64,000 nucleotides of DNA from Candidatus Poseidonia alphae. Its GTDB lineage: Archaea; Thermoplasmatota; Poseidoniia; Poseidoniales; Poseidoniaceae. The DNA lies in the NCBI GenBank assembly GCA_002505405.1, contig DAVD01000046.1, positions 39,534 to 103,533 on the forward strand, given 5' to 3'. The translations under genes and the position numbers were made by a program. Below, piece by piece: positions 38,801 through 46,468 of this stretch. The first letter of the stretch is position 1; every line of letters starts with the position of its first letter. The notes under the pieces are model-generated. The model worked only from the letters and a program-made list of their open reading frames with translations. It ran no database searches and was not told the origin of the DNA.

Positions 38801-41634
38801 CTCACGAGTGACCATTGATATTCACAGAGATTGGGCAGTCCATCGCCATCAGCATCCCAGTTTGCGTCGTCTGCACGCAGCGGATCGAGACTCCAGTTAT
38901 TACCGCCCGTGAATGACATACCCACCCAACGTCGGTGTTGAATTTCCCAACCATCGGGCATTCCATCACCATCAGAGTCTGGATTTGTTGGGTCGGTCCC
39001 TGAATCGACATTGGCTACATTGAGGTAGGTGGCGTTTGCTGATTGTCCTGCAGCATCGTCACAAACATAGTACAGTTGTACCGTGTAGTGGCACCACAAA
39101 TTGCTGTTCTCGTAAAAGAAGCCGAAATATTCAGCGCCGTCTTTGACTCCATCACCGTCAGTATCCCCTAATGACGGTGTTGTTGAATTATAACCATCGG
39201 GGGTTGTCTTGACGTATCGGAATTCATCGAGGTTTGTCCACAAACGGTCCAATGAAAAATCTCCAGATTGGTCCAAGTCAATTCCGTCGCCGTCGGTATC
39301 GTAGAATGCATCCCAGGGGTCAGTCGGGTCCAATCCATTGACGACTTCCCAGCCGTCAGGCATGCCGTCAGCATCTGAATCGTTTGCTCCAGGGTCAATC
39401 AGTTGGAGGTTAGCAAATCTGCCGGGTGAAGCGCCTCCGAAGACCGTTGTATTTCCGTTCATATCGAGGCTGGCTAGCGTTGTAATTTGACCGGGCAGAC
39501 GAGTCTGGTCTTGTTGCCCATAGACGGCCATGTAATCGCCGGCAATTGCCCAGAGACCCCAATCCGAACCGACGAGAATCTCATCACCCGTTGGTAGGAT
39601 GGCATAAACGTCATTGGTTTCTTGGGCAAGGGTTCCATCAATACCGGGGTGAACTAAAAGACCGCCATGGTCGATTGAACCGCTAACTAAATCCATTTTG
39701 TGAACTCCAGAAGGCGTCCCAAACCAGAGGGCTTGTGCATTTTCATCGGATGGACCGTCAAGCGCCATATCACGTACTTCGGCTGGATTGTCAACGACAC
39801 CAAGTGGAAGGCCGTGAAGCTGGCTGATGGAGGTTCCAATTGGTGTACTTTCGGTCGTGAAGAAGAACTGCCATTCAGCAACGGCTTCATCACGAGCAGA
39901 TGCAGTCTCAACCGTCAACAAGCCACGGTCGGTACCGACAAAGAGCGTGTAAGTCGAACCTCCAGCAGCTCCGTGTTGAATTACCGTTACCGATGCATTC
40001 GAGATTTCAAGAGCGTCACGGAGACCAGCACCGAGGGCGTATGTAGAAACGATCGACGCGTCTGGGCCAATTTCCAAAACTGCCCCTTCCCCTGCATGAC
40101 CGAGGGCAATGATTTGTTGATTACCATCCATTCCGGAGAGTTGTGCAACAGCACTGACCTCACCCATCATGCTCCAATCCCAGGATGAAAGCGGGCCGAG
40201 TGAGCCGTCAGCGAGCAAGGGACTTACCGCCACTCCTGCGCTTGTTGAAAGCGCCAATGCAAACGGTTCATCACCGTTGAAAACCAGTGTCCCGTCGTGG
40301 AGTTCAATACCTTCGGGCAACCATTGATGCAAACTCGTCTGTTGTTCAAGATTGAGGACACTCACTCCGTATTTTGTCATGACGTACAGATGGTCACCGT
40401 TCTGGTCGAGGGAACGTACATCGTAGTGATTGACGGACATTGCATCTTCTTCCGCATCATAAACGAGGGGATGAACAATGAATTCATCAGAACCGGTCAT
40501 GACTCCCGTAGATTTCAATCCAGGGTAAACCGTGTTTCCACCGTCATAGTGAACGAGGTATTCTTCCAGTGTCGACAACGCTTCACCCAGTTCCAGGGCT
40601 GTGAATGTACGGGCAAGATCGGGAGTGACAGCCCCATCTCGATTGAAATCCCAACCGTCCATATCTGGGTCGTCAAGAGCATTGGTTCGATTGAGGGGAT
40701 TCAAACCGAAATGTGCTTCCCAACCGTCGGGAATTCCGTCGCCGAAGGAAGGGTAGAGATTACGAATCGAGAACCCATCCCAATGATAACGGTCTGAATC
40801 GTCAAGCAGAGGGTCGGTACCCAACCAAAGGTCTTCCCCAATTGGAGCAGTGGAATTTGTTGTGCATGCGGGCAAAATGTTGTGGAAGGTTGCATTCGCC
40901 CCCGAGGGTAAGAACGGCCAATTTTTCAGCGGAGAGCCGCCAGGGAGTGTTGCATGACACCACAAGCCGTCGAGTTCAGTCGTGAAACTTGCCGTGGTTC
41001 CAAAGGCATATTCCTCTGGCGCTGTGAATCGTTCCGCAAGACTTAGCGTACCATCTCGGTCAACATCGAATCCATCGTTATCCCCGTCAAGAGTGAGGTC
41101 ACTGCCGTTGAGTGGATTGTACGACCCGCAATCATAACGAAGCGATGCGGCATCAAAACCACCGACTCTGAGGCACATGTAGGCCTCAAAACCGTCAGGC
41201 ATACCGTCGCCGTCTGTATCCGACATGCGTGGATCAAGGTAGGTTCGCTCGTTGTTCTCATCGAGAATTCCGGTAAGCCCTCTTGGAAACCCGGGTTCCG
41301 TACAATTTGCTGGATAAGGCCAACAGAATTCTTCGGTAGCGTTCAACCCATCCCGGTCAAAATCCATTGAGGCGTCCGATGCGTTGTCTTTGTCCATGCC
41401 TTGCATGAAGACACTCCGCCCATCGACTGCAGTCCAGTTCATCCATTCCTCAAACAGTATTTCATGAACGTCTGGAATCATGTCACCGTCTGTATCGGTA
41501 TTGGGAGGTGGGGACTGATCCGTATCATCAGGGTGAACGTTGGCAACGCTAGAAATGGATGGAAATTGAGACATGAACAGAAGGCTCGATATCACTGCTA
41601 AGGTCGTGAGAAGGGTTGTTTGACTTCTTCGCAT
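35881..41634 (-). CDS. Giant secreted protein (1,917 aa) with about 20 thrombospondin type 3-like Ca-binding repeats and a central Reg_prop-like beta-propeller
   Basis: Signal peptide: MRRSQTTLLTTLAVISSLLFMSQFPSISSVA. D-x-D-x-D-G-x-x-D-x-x-E repeats are present (DTDGDGMPDGFE, DSDADGMPDGWE, DSDGDGMPDGWE, DSDDDGMPDGWE, DTDGDGMLDGVE, DTDGDGMIDGFE, DSDSDGIPDGWE, DSDGDMIPDWYE and others). Propeller blade motifs are LFVGTDRGLLTV, LWFGTPSGVHKM and ILVGSDWGLWAI. There is no C-terminal TM helix. GGGTGAT lies 5 nt upstream of the ATG. Confidence 0.85.
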   Translation of the reverse strand: MRRSQTTLLTTLAVISSLLFMSQFPSISSVANVHPDDTDQSPPPNTDTDGDMIPDVHEILFEEWMNWTAVDGRSVFMQGMDKDNASDASMDFDRDGLNATEEFCWPYPANCTEPGFPRGLTGILDENNERTYLDPRMSDTDGDGMPDGFEAYMCLRVGGFDAASLRYDCGSYNPLNGSDLTLDGDNDGFDVDRDGTLSLAERFTAPEEYAFGTTASFTTELDGLWCHATLPGGSPLKNWPFLPSGANATFHNILPACTTNSTAPIGEDLWLGTDPLLDDSDRYHWDGFSIRNLYPSFGDGIPDGWEAHFGLNPLNRTNALDDPDMDGWDFNRDGAVTPDLARTFTALELGEALSTLEEYLVHYDGGNTVYPGLKSTGVMTGSDEFIVHPLVYDAEEDAMSVNHYDVRSLDQNGDHLYVMTKYGVSVLNLEQQTSLHQWLPEGIELHDGTLVFNGDEPFALALSTSAGVAVSPLLADGSLGPLSSWDWSMMGEVSAVAQLSGMDGNQQIIALGHAGEGAVLEIGPDASIVSTYALGAGLRDALEISNASVTVIQHGAAGGSTYTLFVGTDRGLLTVETASARDEAVAEWQFFFTTESTPIGTSISQLHGLPLGVVDNPAEVRDMALDGPSDENAQALWFGTPSGVHKMDLVSGSIDHGGLLVHPGIDGTLAQETNDVYAILPTGDEILVGSDWGLWAIAGDYMAVYGQQDQTRLPGQITTLASLDMNGNTTVFGGASPGRFANLQLIDPGANDSDADGMPDGWEVVNGLDPTDPWDAFYDTDGDGIDLDQSGDFSLDRLWTNLDEFRYVKTTPDGYNSTTPSLGDTDGDGVKDGAEYFGFFYENSNLWCHYTVQLYYVCDDAAGQSANATYLNVANVDSGTDPTNPDSDGDGMPDGWEIQHRRWVGMSFTGGNNWSLDPLRADDANWDADGDGLPNLCEYQWSLVRNMGLAGELMELYGESPESVEQWALADPNAIDSDGDTLPDGWESKGLCSWDPSRIGVNPLNGSDAFENPDGDGYDINHDGVLDLNESFVNYLEYHLRSDLFLGNQTLDGQTLPGGFSTNLFDHVSDYGIPEATFAERASGAVTSGQSTYSIGASDPLSSDSDDDGMPDGWEIWFARWDLLDDEWTLNPLDSADRWDDTDEDGMTNWEEYNVIAPELSETDNERSSPQWFVTTIGQAYALQQWPGVTTEESFGSFITQDQINMTGLTSDPNNVDTDGDGMLDGVELLFTAWNSTAGTWTLNPLVAGDGLFDGDEDGLIDLQEFNLAEAQPDNGIAHPSDAPLMHIDGDFQQPTEKAQRVFNILITKDTRGKRLLNDFNAWQQGEPPTAFIDVILGMTDPTIADTDGDGMIDGFEYWFTNWDLDQNRWSMNPLIDGDVNLDSDGDSFDCNGDGTIDVNETFSNLREWESRTYGHYLNRGTVPANLGLVDFGEDAMAAYTEELGFTAIQAQQALYQDFVKKGTDSQDRMDEINTYDAENFNRSLRGAADPTHPDSDSDGIPDGWEYCYAIFAMDDPTTINHWAANPINPWDVDYDGDHDGWYDRTSFDVPSTQGVWVDRALVPSGQVIQNGIGSLPFTNIMEFENETRPDSNDSDGDSISYITTVENGVVISHVQDFNYSDGREVFKYGSNPSDNDSDGDMIPDWYEYKRAWNESNDNFSSYLSIRVVWIDVATGGACDTSTNSCLPLSQDGSGGTLGRPDIEFTWFTMDPSDPNDANQDPDQDGNWDCSGAGCTYEPYTNFQEFYAITLSEYSSPNAVRLSGLTFEGSPVTEGWQFRAAILGLGQPDELIQNYLKLDQYSGIDRQFGYIVNDYDTNFLTVDSSDDVILMAGNLTDAWEIYYQGSPNTPPVRNVGEHEYGWYLLDFDDDHLAEGSDPTNWDTDGDWMNDWFEVRDDEEDGVRGDSSPIRYDSRTTE
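35960..41510 (-). repeat. Intragenic dispersed, degenerate repeats encoding the TSP3-type DxDxDGxxDxxE calcium-binding loop
   Basis: The repeats are also visible at DNA level on the plus strand as recurring ccgtc/ccatc-gggcat-nccgtc-nnc-atc units, for example near 38295, 38950, 39350 and 41195. Confidence 0.75.
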
Positions 41635-41823
41635 TGAATCACCCGCTACAAAGCATACGCTTCGCTACAATGGCACCTTGGAAAGATTGCTTATGAGGAT
41701 GATGGAACAATGTTCATACAAATTCAAATTCCCGCCACTCCGTAAACCTCGGAAAAAAGCATTTTAACAGCGGAAATTATCGGTGTATTCAAGTTCCTTC
41801 CGCGCAGGGGTTACAGCGTTCCC
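41635..41823. promoter_or_regulatory. Divergent intergenic region, presumably holding the promoters for the TSP3 giant gene (-) and the MBL/pilin-like operon (+)
   Basis: This is the largest non-coding gap in the window (189 nt). A purine-rich stretch plus AT box, GGAAAAAAGCATTTTAAC (about 41751-41768), lies about 55-75 nt upstream of the ATG at 41824. No tRNA-like or C/D-box pattern was found. Promoter element assignment is tentative. Confidence 0.3.
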
Positions 41824-42645
41824 ATGCCGATGACCATCACCCACCTTGGTACAGGAAGCCGCGGCAATGCCACGCTTCTTGAGACTCCAAAGGTCAAGGT
41901 TCTTGTCGACCAGGGTTTTAGCGGCACTCAATTAGCAAAACGCCTTGCTCGGCTCAACCTCGAACCTACCGATATCGATTGTTTGTTAATTTCCCACCAT
42001 CACGGTGATCACGGAGGTGGCGCTGCAGTATGTCAAAACAAATGGGAGATACGGGTTCTCGCCAACGAACGAACCGCCCTTGAGCTCGGACTCAACCCCG
42101 AATTAACCACGTTCTTTTCCTCACTCGATATCGTCCATATCGGAGACGATCTCGCCGTACTCCCCGTACCGGTCCCGCACGACGGATCAGATAACGTCGC
42201 ATTCGTCGCCAGTCATGCTGGAGAGCGTGCTGCAATCATCACCGACTTGGGATCATGGACCGATGAACTCATCGCTCATGTTCGTGGCTGTGAGCACATT
42301 TCAATCGAAGCCAATTACGACCATAACCGCTTGGTATCGGGGCCTTACCCCTACTCATTAAAAGACCGAATCACGGGCCGTGGCGGCCACTTGTCAAACG
42401 ACCAAACGGGACAATTCCTTGCGGAAGTTTGCACCGATTCCACCCGCAGCATAACGCTAACCCATTTGAGTGAAAAGAACAACCAGCCTCACATTGCCGA
42501 ATCAACGGTACTTTACTACATTGATGAAGTGTTCAATGGAGACCTCACCATTTCACTTCAAACGGGCCCAGACTTTTCTCTTTATGTTGGGAAAGAAGGG
42601 CATCATGAGGATGCGCCGAATGCCAAAAAACAAGTCACCAAATGA
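41824..42645 (+). CDS. MBL-fold metallo-hydrolase, YycJ/WalJ-like
   Basis: THLGTGSRGNATLLE, the HxHxDH motif ISHHHGDHGGG (about 41991-42025), YPYSLKDRITGRGGHLSN and ITLTHLSEKNN closely parallel bacterial YycJ-type proteins. Confidence 0.88.
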   Translation: MPMTITHLGTGSRGNATLLETPKVKVLVDQGFSGTQLAKRLARLNLEPTDIDCLLISHHHGDHGGGAAVCQNKWEIRVLANERTALELGLNPELTTFFSSLDIVHIGDDLAVLPVPVPHDGSDNVAFVASHAGERAAIITDLGSWTDELIAHVRGCEHISIEANYDHNRLVSGPYPYSLKDRITGRGGHLSNDQTGQFLAEVCTDSTRSITLTHLSEKNNQPHIAESTVLYYIDEVFNGDLTISLQTGPDFSLYVGKEGHHEDAPNAKKQVTK

Positions 42646-42690
42646 CGGTTTAACCTAAAAACAAGGTCAATGGCTAAATGATACCTCATC

Positions 42691-43764
42691 GTGTCATCAC
42701 TCGTGAACCGCCAAGCCGCCGCATTACGCTCCCCTCGCCTACGTCGCGAAGAGCAAGCGGTCAGCGAAGTATTGGGGGTCGTCATGCTCCTCGCAATGGT
42801 CATAACCATCATGGGCGGGGTGTGGGTTTTCCTCAACCCCTATCTCTCAGACTTTGAAGACAACACCAACTGGAAATCCGCAACAGGTCTTGCGGACAGA
42901 ATCGAAGACAGGGTCGAAGTGGCGGGAAATGCACCTGAGGGAACTGGATTTCGAAACACATTAGCCATGCAGTCCACCTCCATCCTCACCGTCCAGAACA
43001 TAGAACAGTGGACCATTTCTGCTGATTTCACTTCTCAAGAGCGTATCGAAATTCGCCAAGTCAATGACACCGTCATCGCTGTAACGGCCGCCAATGAATC
43101 TGCAAGGAGCATGACCATACAATCGCCTGCAATCACGGTTGAACGGACCGTGCCTACGACTTCTCAGGAAGTCTTCATCGACCACAATGCAACGCACCCT
43201 CATTGGATGATCGTCACCGTATTCGATGAACAAGGCGACGCCTTGCACCGTACAGTATATGCATCCTTATCGGGAATCCAAGTCACCACCTCACTTGGTC
43301 AAGGAACGCATGAAATCGTGATGATGAACAACGGTCGAGCGGAGCGGTTTCCCAATGGGGCATGGGATGTCACAGCCATGCCGCTTGTTGAATTTGACCG
43401 GATGGCTAACGAAGAACTCCGTTTGTCAATCCTGCTCACCGATATCATCGGAAACGGCTCAATTGGGAGCGGAACGAACATCGGGATGGAATTCGTATCG
43501 CTTGGCCCGTTAACCTTGTTCACTGGAGAGGCATTCAACGTCCGTTTTAGTGTCACCAATGTCCTCCATGATGTCGTGACTCCACAGTACCATGAAACAT
43601 GGCTGTCTGATTATACCATTCAACGCTCTGCAGGAACCCTTGATTCCTTCATCGGATTTTCACCCTATCAAAGAGCGAGTGGCTCTGATGGATTTACCAT
43701 CGCCTCCCAGGGAGCACCCCTGTACTTTGAAGTGGACTATCAGCGAGTAGAGGTGGGCAGATGA
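42691..43764 (+). CDS. Archaeal type IV pilin-like protein (class III signal peptide, Pilin_N/DUF1628-type N-terminus), 357 aa
   Basis: The N-terminus is charged, then ...LRREEQA/VSEVLGVVMLLAMVITIMGGVWVFL, which matches the archaeal prepilin pattern. The start is GTG (42691 or 42703); there is no in-frame ATG before the hydrophobic helix. Confidence 0.7.
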   Translation: MSSLVNRQAAALRSPRLRREEQAVSEVLGVVMLLAMVITIMGGVWVFLNPYLSDFEDNTNWKSATGLADRIEDRVEVAGNAPEGTGFRNTLAMQSTSILTVQNIEQWTISADFTSQERIEIRQVNDTVIAVTAANESARSMTIQSPAITVERTVPTTSQEVFIDHNATHPHWMIVTVFDEQGDALHRTVYASLSGIQVTTSLGQGTHEIVMMNNGRAERFPNGAWDVTAMPLVEFDRMANEELRLSILLTDIIGNGSIGSGTNIGMEFVSLGPLTLFTGEAFNVRFSVTNVLHDVVTPQYHETWLSDYTIQRSAGTLDSFIGFSPYQRASGSDGFTIASQGAPLYFEVDYQRVEVGR

Positions 43765-45995
43765 AGCACAACCTGCAGCGTGATGAAGAGGCAGTTTCCG
43801 CTGCAGTCGCCACGGTTCTCTTGTTCGGAGGTGTATTGTCAATTATCGGGTTGATGATGGTATCATTGATGCCGGTCATTGAGGAGTTAGAAGGCTCTGT
43901 GGAGCGTCACGACATGTCGGCCCAAATGACCCTTCTCGCTCATGAAACCTCAGAACTCAGCGAGCGAGGTATGCCCGGAGATTCCACACATTCCACCCTT
44001 GTCCCCGTTGATGGAAACCTCGTCTGGGACTCTTTACGAGGAGGAATGTGGTACTCAGCAACATGGCATGAGGACATGAGTCTAAGAGCGAGAGGAGCCC
44101 TTGATTTTGACGACTCGCTTGAAATTCGCCATCCAGAGACATTTATTTCCTCGGTGTGCATTTCTGACCTTCGCCAAGGACCGGACCGTCATTATTTCTA
44201 CACCGTTGACGCCCAAGTTGACCAAGCCCTTGTCTCGGTGGCTCCTGGTCTCGCCATGCCTTTGGGTCCAGTTGATGTCACGCTCAGCTCATCAGGAACC
44301 GAGATTTCGACGTTGGACCTTCGTGTTGATGAGTTGGAATCGTTTGATCTGTCAGCACTCGGCGTCGTCACCGTGTCATCAAGTCATGAGTTGGTCGTCC
44401 TCGCCCAAATTGGGACCGGTGGGACGACCTATCTTGAGCCGACGGACCGAGAGCCATCCGATAAGAGGGGCCAATCATGGGCAATCCCTATGGAAGCAGG
44501 GATATCAAAGGTTCACCTGTTGAGCGATAAGGCCAATCAAATTCAAGTCACCACTTCCAATGGAACAGAATTGTTCTACGCTCAACCAAGTGACATGTCC
44601 CGCACAGCAGTCACATTCACCCATGAATTCAATCTCACTTCCGATCAGGTTGTTCAAATTACAACAAGTGCTGCTTCAAGAATGATGTATCAATCAGAAC
44701 CAGCCAATACAACGGGCATCACATCTTGGCCAGCAACAACTGGGGCTTACCTAGGCCACTCGTTCACACCTCCTAATCTAGAAGGAACACTTCGCTTCAC
44801 CAATCCAGGTGATGCAATCGTAACGGTGACTTGGAGAGGTGGAGGAATATCGGTCCAACCCAATTCCATTGAGCAGGTAGCCTGGCCTCCGGAGGAGATT
44901 CTTGGGGCTCCGACCCTCGATGCAGACGGAGATTTTTTCGTCACATGGGCGGCATCGGGAACGACGAACATTACTGACGCAGTCTCTGGAATCACGATGA
45001 TTCCCGCTGATGATACCGGTTCAATTTCGGGAGCAGCCTTTTCTTATTACAATACGGATAACGCGGTCAATGAACACCTCAACATTGTTCTTGCAGGCTA
45101 CACGTCCACATGGAATGCGAGTGGAGTCGCCAACCAAACAGGAGTATTTTTGGGCGACAATAACCGATACAATCTAACGCTTAACGAGGGAACAACAGAT
45201 GTTGCGGTTGAGAAAGACCACCCTGTTCGCATCACACGCTTCAGCGGTGAAAACGGACTCTACCACCTCCCCCACGATGGCGAACAACGTTGCACCCAAA
45301 TAGCAACCCAAGCCAGCGGGTGGATTACGACAGAACTTCCTTGGGAACGAATGGGAGGTCGTGGAGAGATTGACATCCAAAAGGCTTGGAGAGAAGGCCG
45401 CCACCCCTCAAGTGTAGCCATAGAAGTCTTGGGGAGTGACGGAACATCAACACACGCCACCATCGGTACAGTTTGGGCGTTCCATCTTTCACGACTCGCC
45501 TATCAATTCCAATCATCAATTACTGGAATGGAAGTTGCATTCAGCGGAGGTGCTGTTGTGACCAACCACCCTGAATTCCAACCGTATGTGGTCGTCCCCC
45601 CATCTGACCGTGGTGGACCTGGCCCCCGCTTTGCAGCAACCATTCCGTCACTCCACCCCACGGCAGACAGTGCCTCTGGAGCCGGCACACTGGAACTCGA
45701 CATTGAACTCGTCCACCGTATTTCCCTTGCATCAACACCGGCATACGAAGTGAGGCGGGGCTGGTCGGAGCCCTACGGCGCAGCGATTGCAGACAGTGCT
45801 GGAATCGGACTCGAAGCCAGTGAAGATTGGACCGTATATCCAGGGCAATTGGACCTCTTGACTGATTATGTAGGCTGGGTGCCGGACCCAAGTTATGGTA
45901 CGTCCGAAGCCGTCTGGCACACCAACGGCCAAGCCATTGAATTCACACTTCAACTTTCATCACTGGACGTCACGACTCGGGAGGCGCTGACATGA
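43761..45995 (+). CDS. Large archaeal type IV pilin-like protein (class III signal peptide), 744 aa
   Basis: MKHNLQRDEEA/VSAAVATVLLFGGVLSIIGLMMVSLMP. The start overlaps the upstream stop (ATGA). Confidence 0.7.
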   Translation: MKHNLQRDEEAVSAAVATVLLFGGVLSIIGLMMVSLMPVIEELEGSVERHDMSAQMTLLAHETSELSERGMPGDSTHSTLVPVDGNLVWDSLRGGMWYSATWHEDMSLRARGALDFDDSLEIRHPETFISSVCISDLRQGPDRHYFYTVDAQVDQALVSVAPGLAMPLGPVDVTLSSSGTEISTLDLRVDELESFDLSALGVVTVSSSHELVVLAQIGTGGTTYLEPTDREPSDKRGQSWAIPMEAGISKVHLLSDKANQIQVTTSNGTELFYAQPSDMSRTAVTFTHEFNLTSDQVVQITTSAASRMMYQSEPANTTGITSWPATTGAYLGHSFTPPNLEGTLRFTNPGDAIVTVTWRGGGISVQPNSIEQVAWPPEEILGAPTLDADGDFFVTWAASGTTNITDAVSGITMIPADDTGSISGAAFSYYNTDNAVNEHLNIVLAGYTSTWNASGVANQTGVFLGDNNRYNLTLNEGTTDVAVEKDHPVRITRFSGENGLYHLPHDGEQRCTQIATQASGWITTELPWERMGGRGEIDIQKAWREGRHPSSVAIEVLGSDGTSTHATIGTVWAFHLSRLAYQFQSSITGMEVAFSGGAVVTNHPEFQPYVVVPPSDRGGPGPRFAATIPSLHPTADSASGAGTLELDIELVHRISLASTPAYEVRRGWSEPYGAAIADSAGIGLEASEDWTVYPGQLDLLTDYVGWVPDPSYGTSEAVWHTNGQAIEFTLQLSSLDVTTREALT

Positions 45996-46468
45996 AGCAG
46001 GTCAGATTGTCACGGGATACCCGTGCTGCTGCTACCGAACTTGGATACGTGTTTACGTTCCTCCTTGGCGTACTGTTGATGACGATTTTCAGCGTATGGG
46101 CCTGGGATATTGAAACAAATACTCGACTTCGATGGAACGAAGAAGCCGTTGAAGCAAATCTGAACGACCTTGCCGCTGCTGTAGAGCGAGCAGACGAAGC
46201 GAGCCGTATTGGGAATGTAAGCTATGCTGAGTCGGTCGCATGGCGACCATCGGAAGCGGATGAATCGATGTTTTGGCTACGCCTAAGCGATACTTCGTTG
46301 AAACTGATTGACAAGGGGGGACCTCTTGACATGACCGTGGCCTTATCCGGAACAGGCAGTGGTGAACATAGCGGTGAAATCCCACTTGCTGGAGCCCAAC
46401 AGATATGGGTGGTCCATGAAAACGGCACCACTACAGTGACTCTTGATCGGCCGCAAGCAGTTCAGTGA
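45992..46468 (+). CDS. Small archaeal type IV pilin-like protein (class III signal peptide), 158 aa
   Basis: MKQVRLSRDTRA/AATELGYVFTFLLGVLLMTIFSVWAW. The start overlaps the upstream stop (ATGA). Confidence 0.65.
   Translation: MKQVRLSRDTRAAATELGYVFTFLLGVLLMTIFSVWAWDIETNTRLRWNEEAVEANLNDLAAAVERADEASRIGNVSYAESVAWRPSEADESMFWLRLSDTSLKLIDKGGPLDMTVALSGTGSGEHSGEIPLAGAQQIWVVHENGTTTVTLDRPQAVQ

Noticed and set aside
37387-40797. Plus-strand ORFs of 150-180 aa (37387-37929, 37904-38359, 39700-40188, 40297-40797) inside the TSP3 giant gene
   Set aside because: They are antisense shadows of a 5.7-kb ORF with clear repeat and domain content. Their translations are low-complexity with no motifs. The GAC/GAT-rich sense codons keep the antisense frames open.
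41635-41823. Possible tRNA, C/D-box sRNA or other RNA gene in the two largest intergenic gaps (41635-41823 and 53463-53640)
   Set aside because: There is no acceptor/T-arm pattern (no GTTCRAAT-like box) and no paired C (RUGAUGA) and D (CUGA) boxes; GGATGATGG at about 41697 is not a C box. The gaps are best explained as promoter regions.
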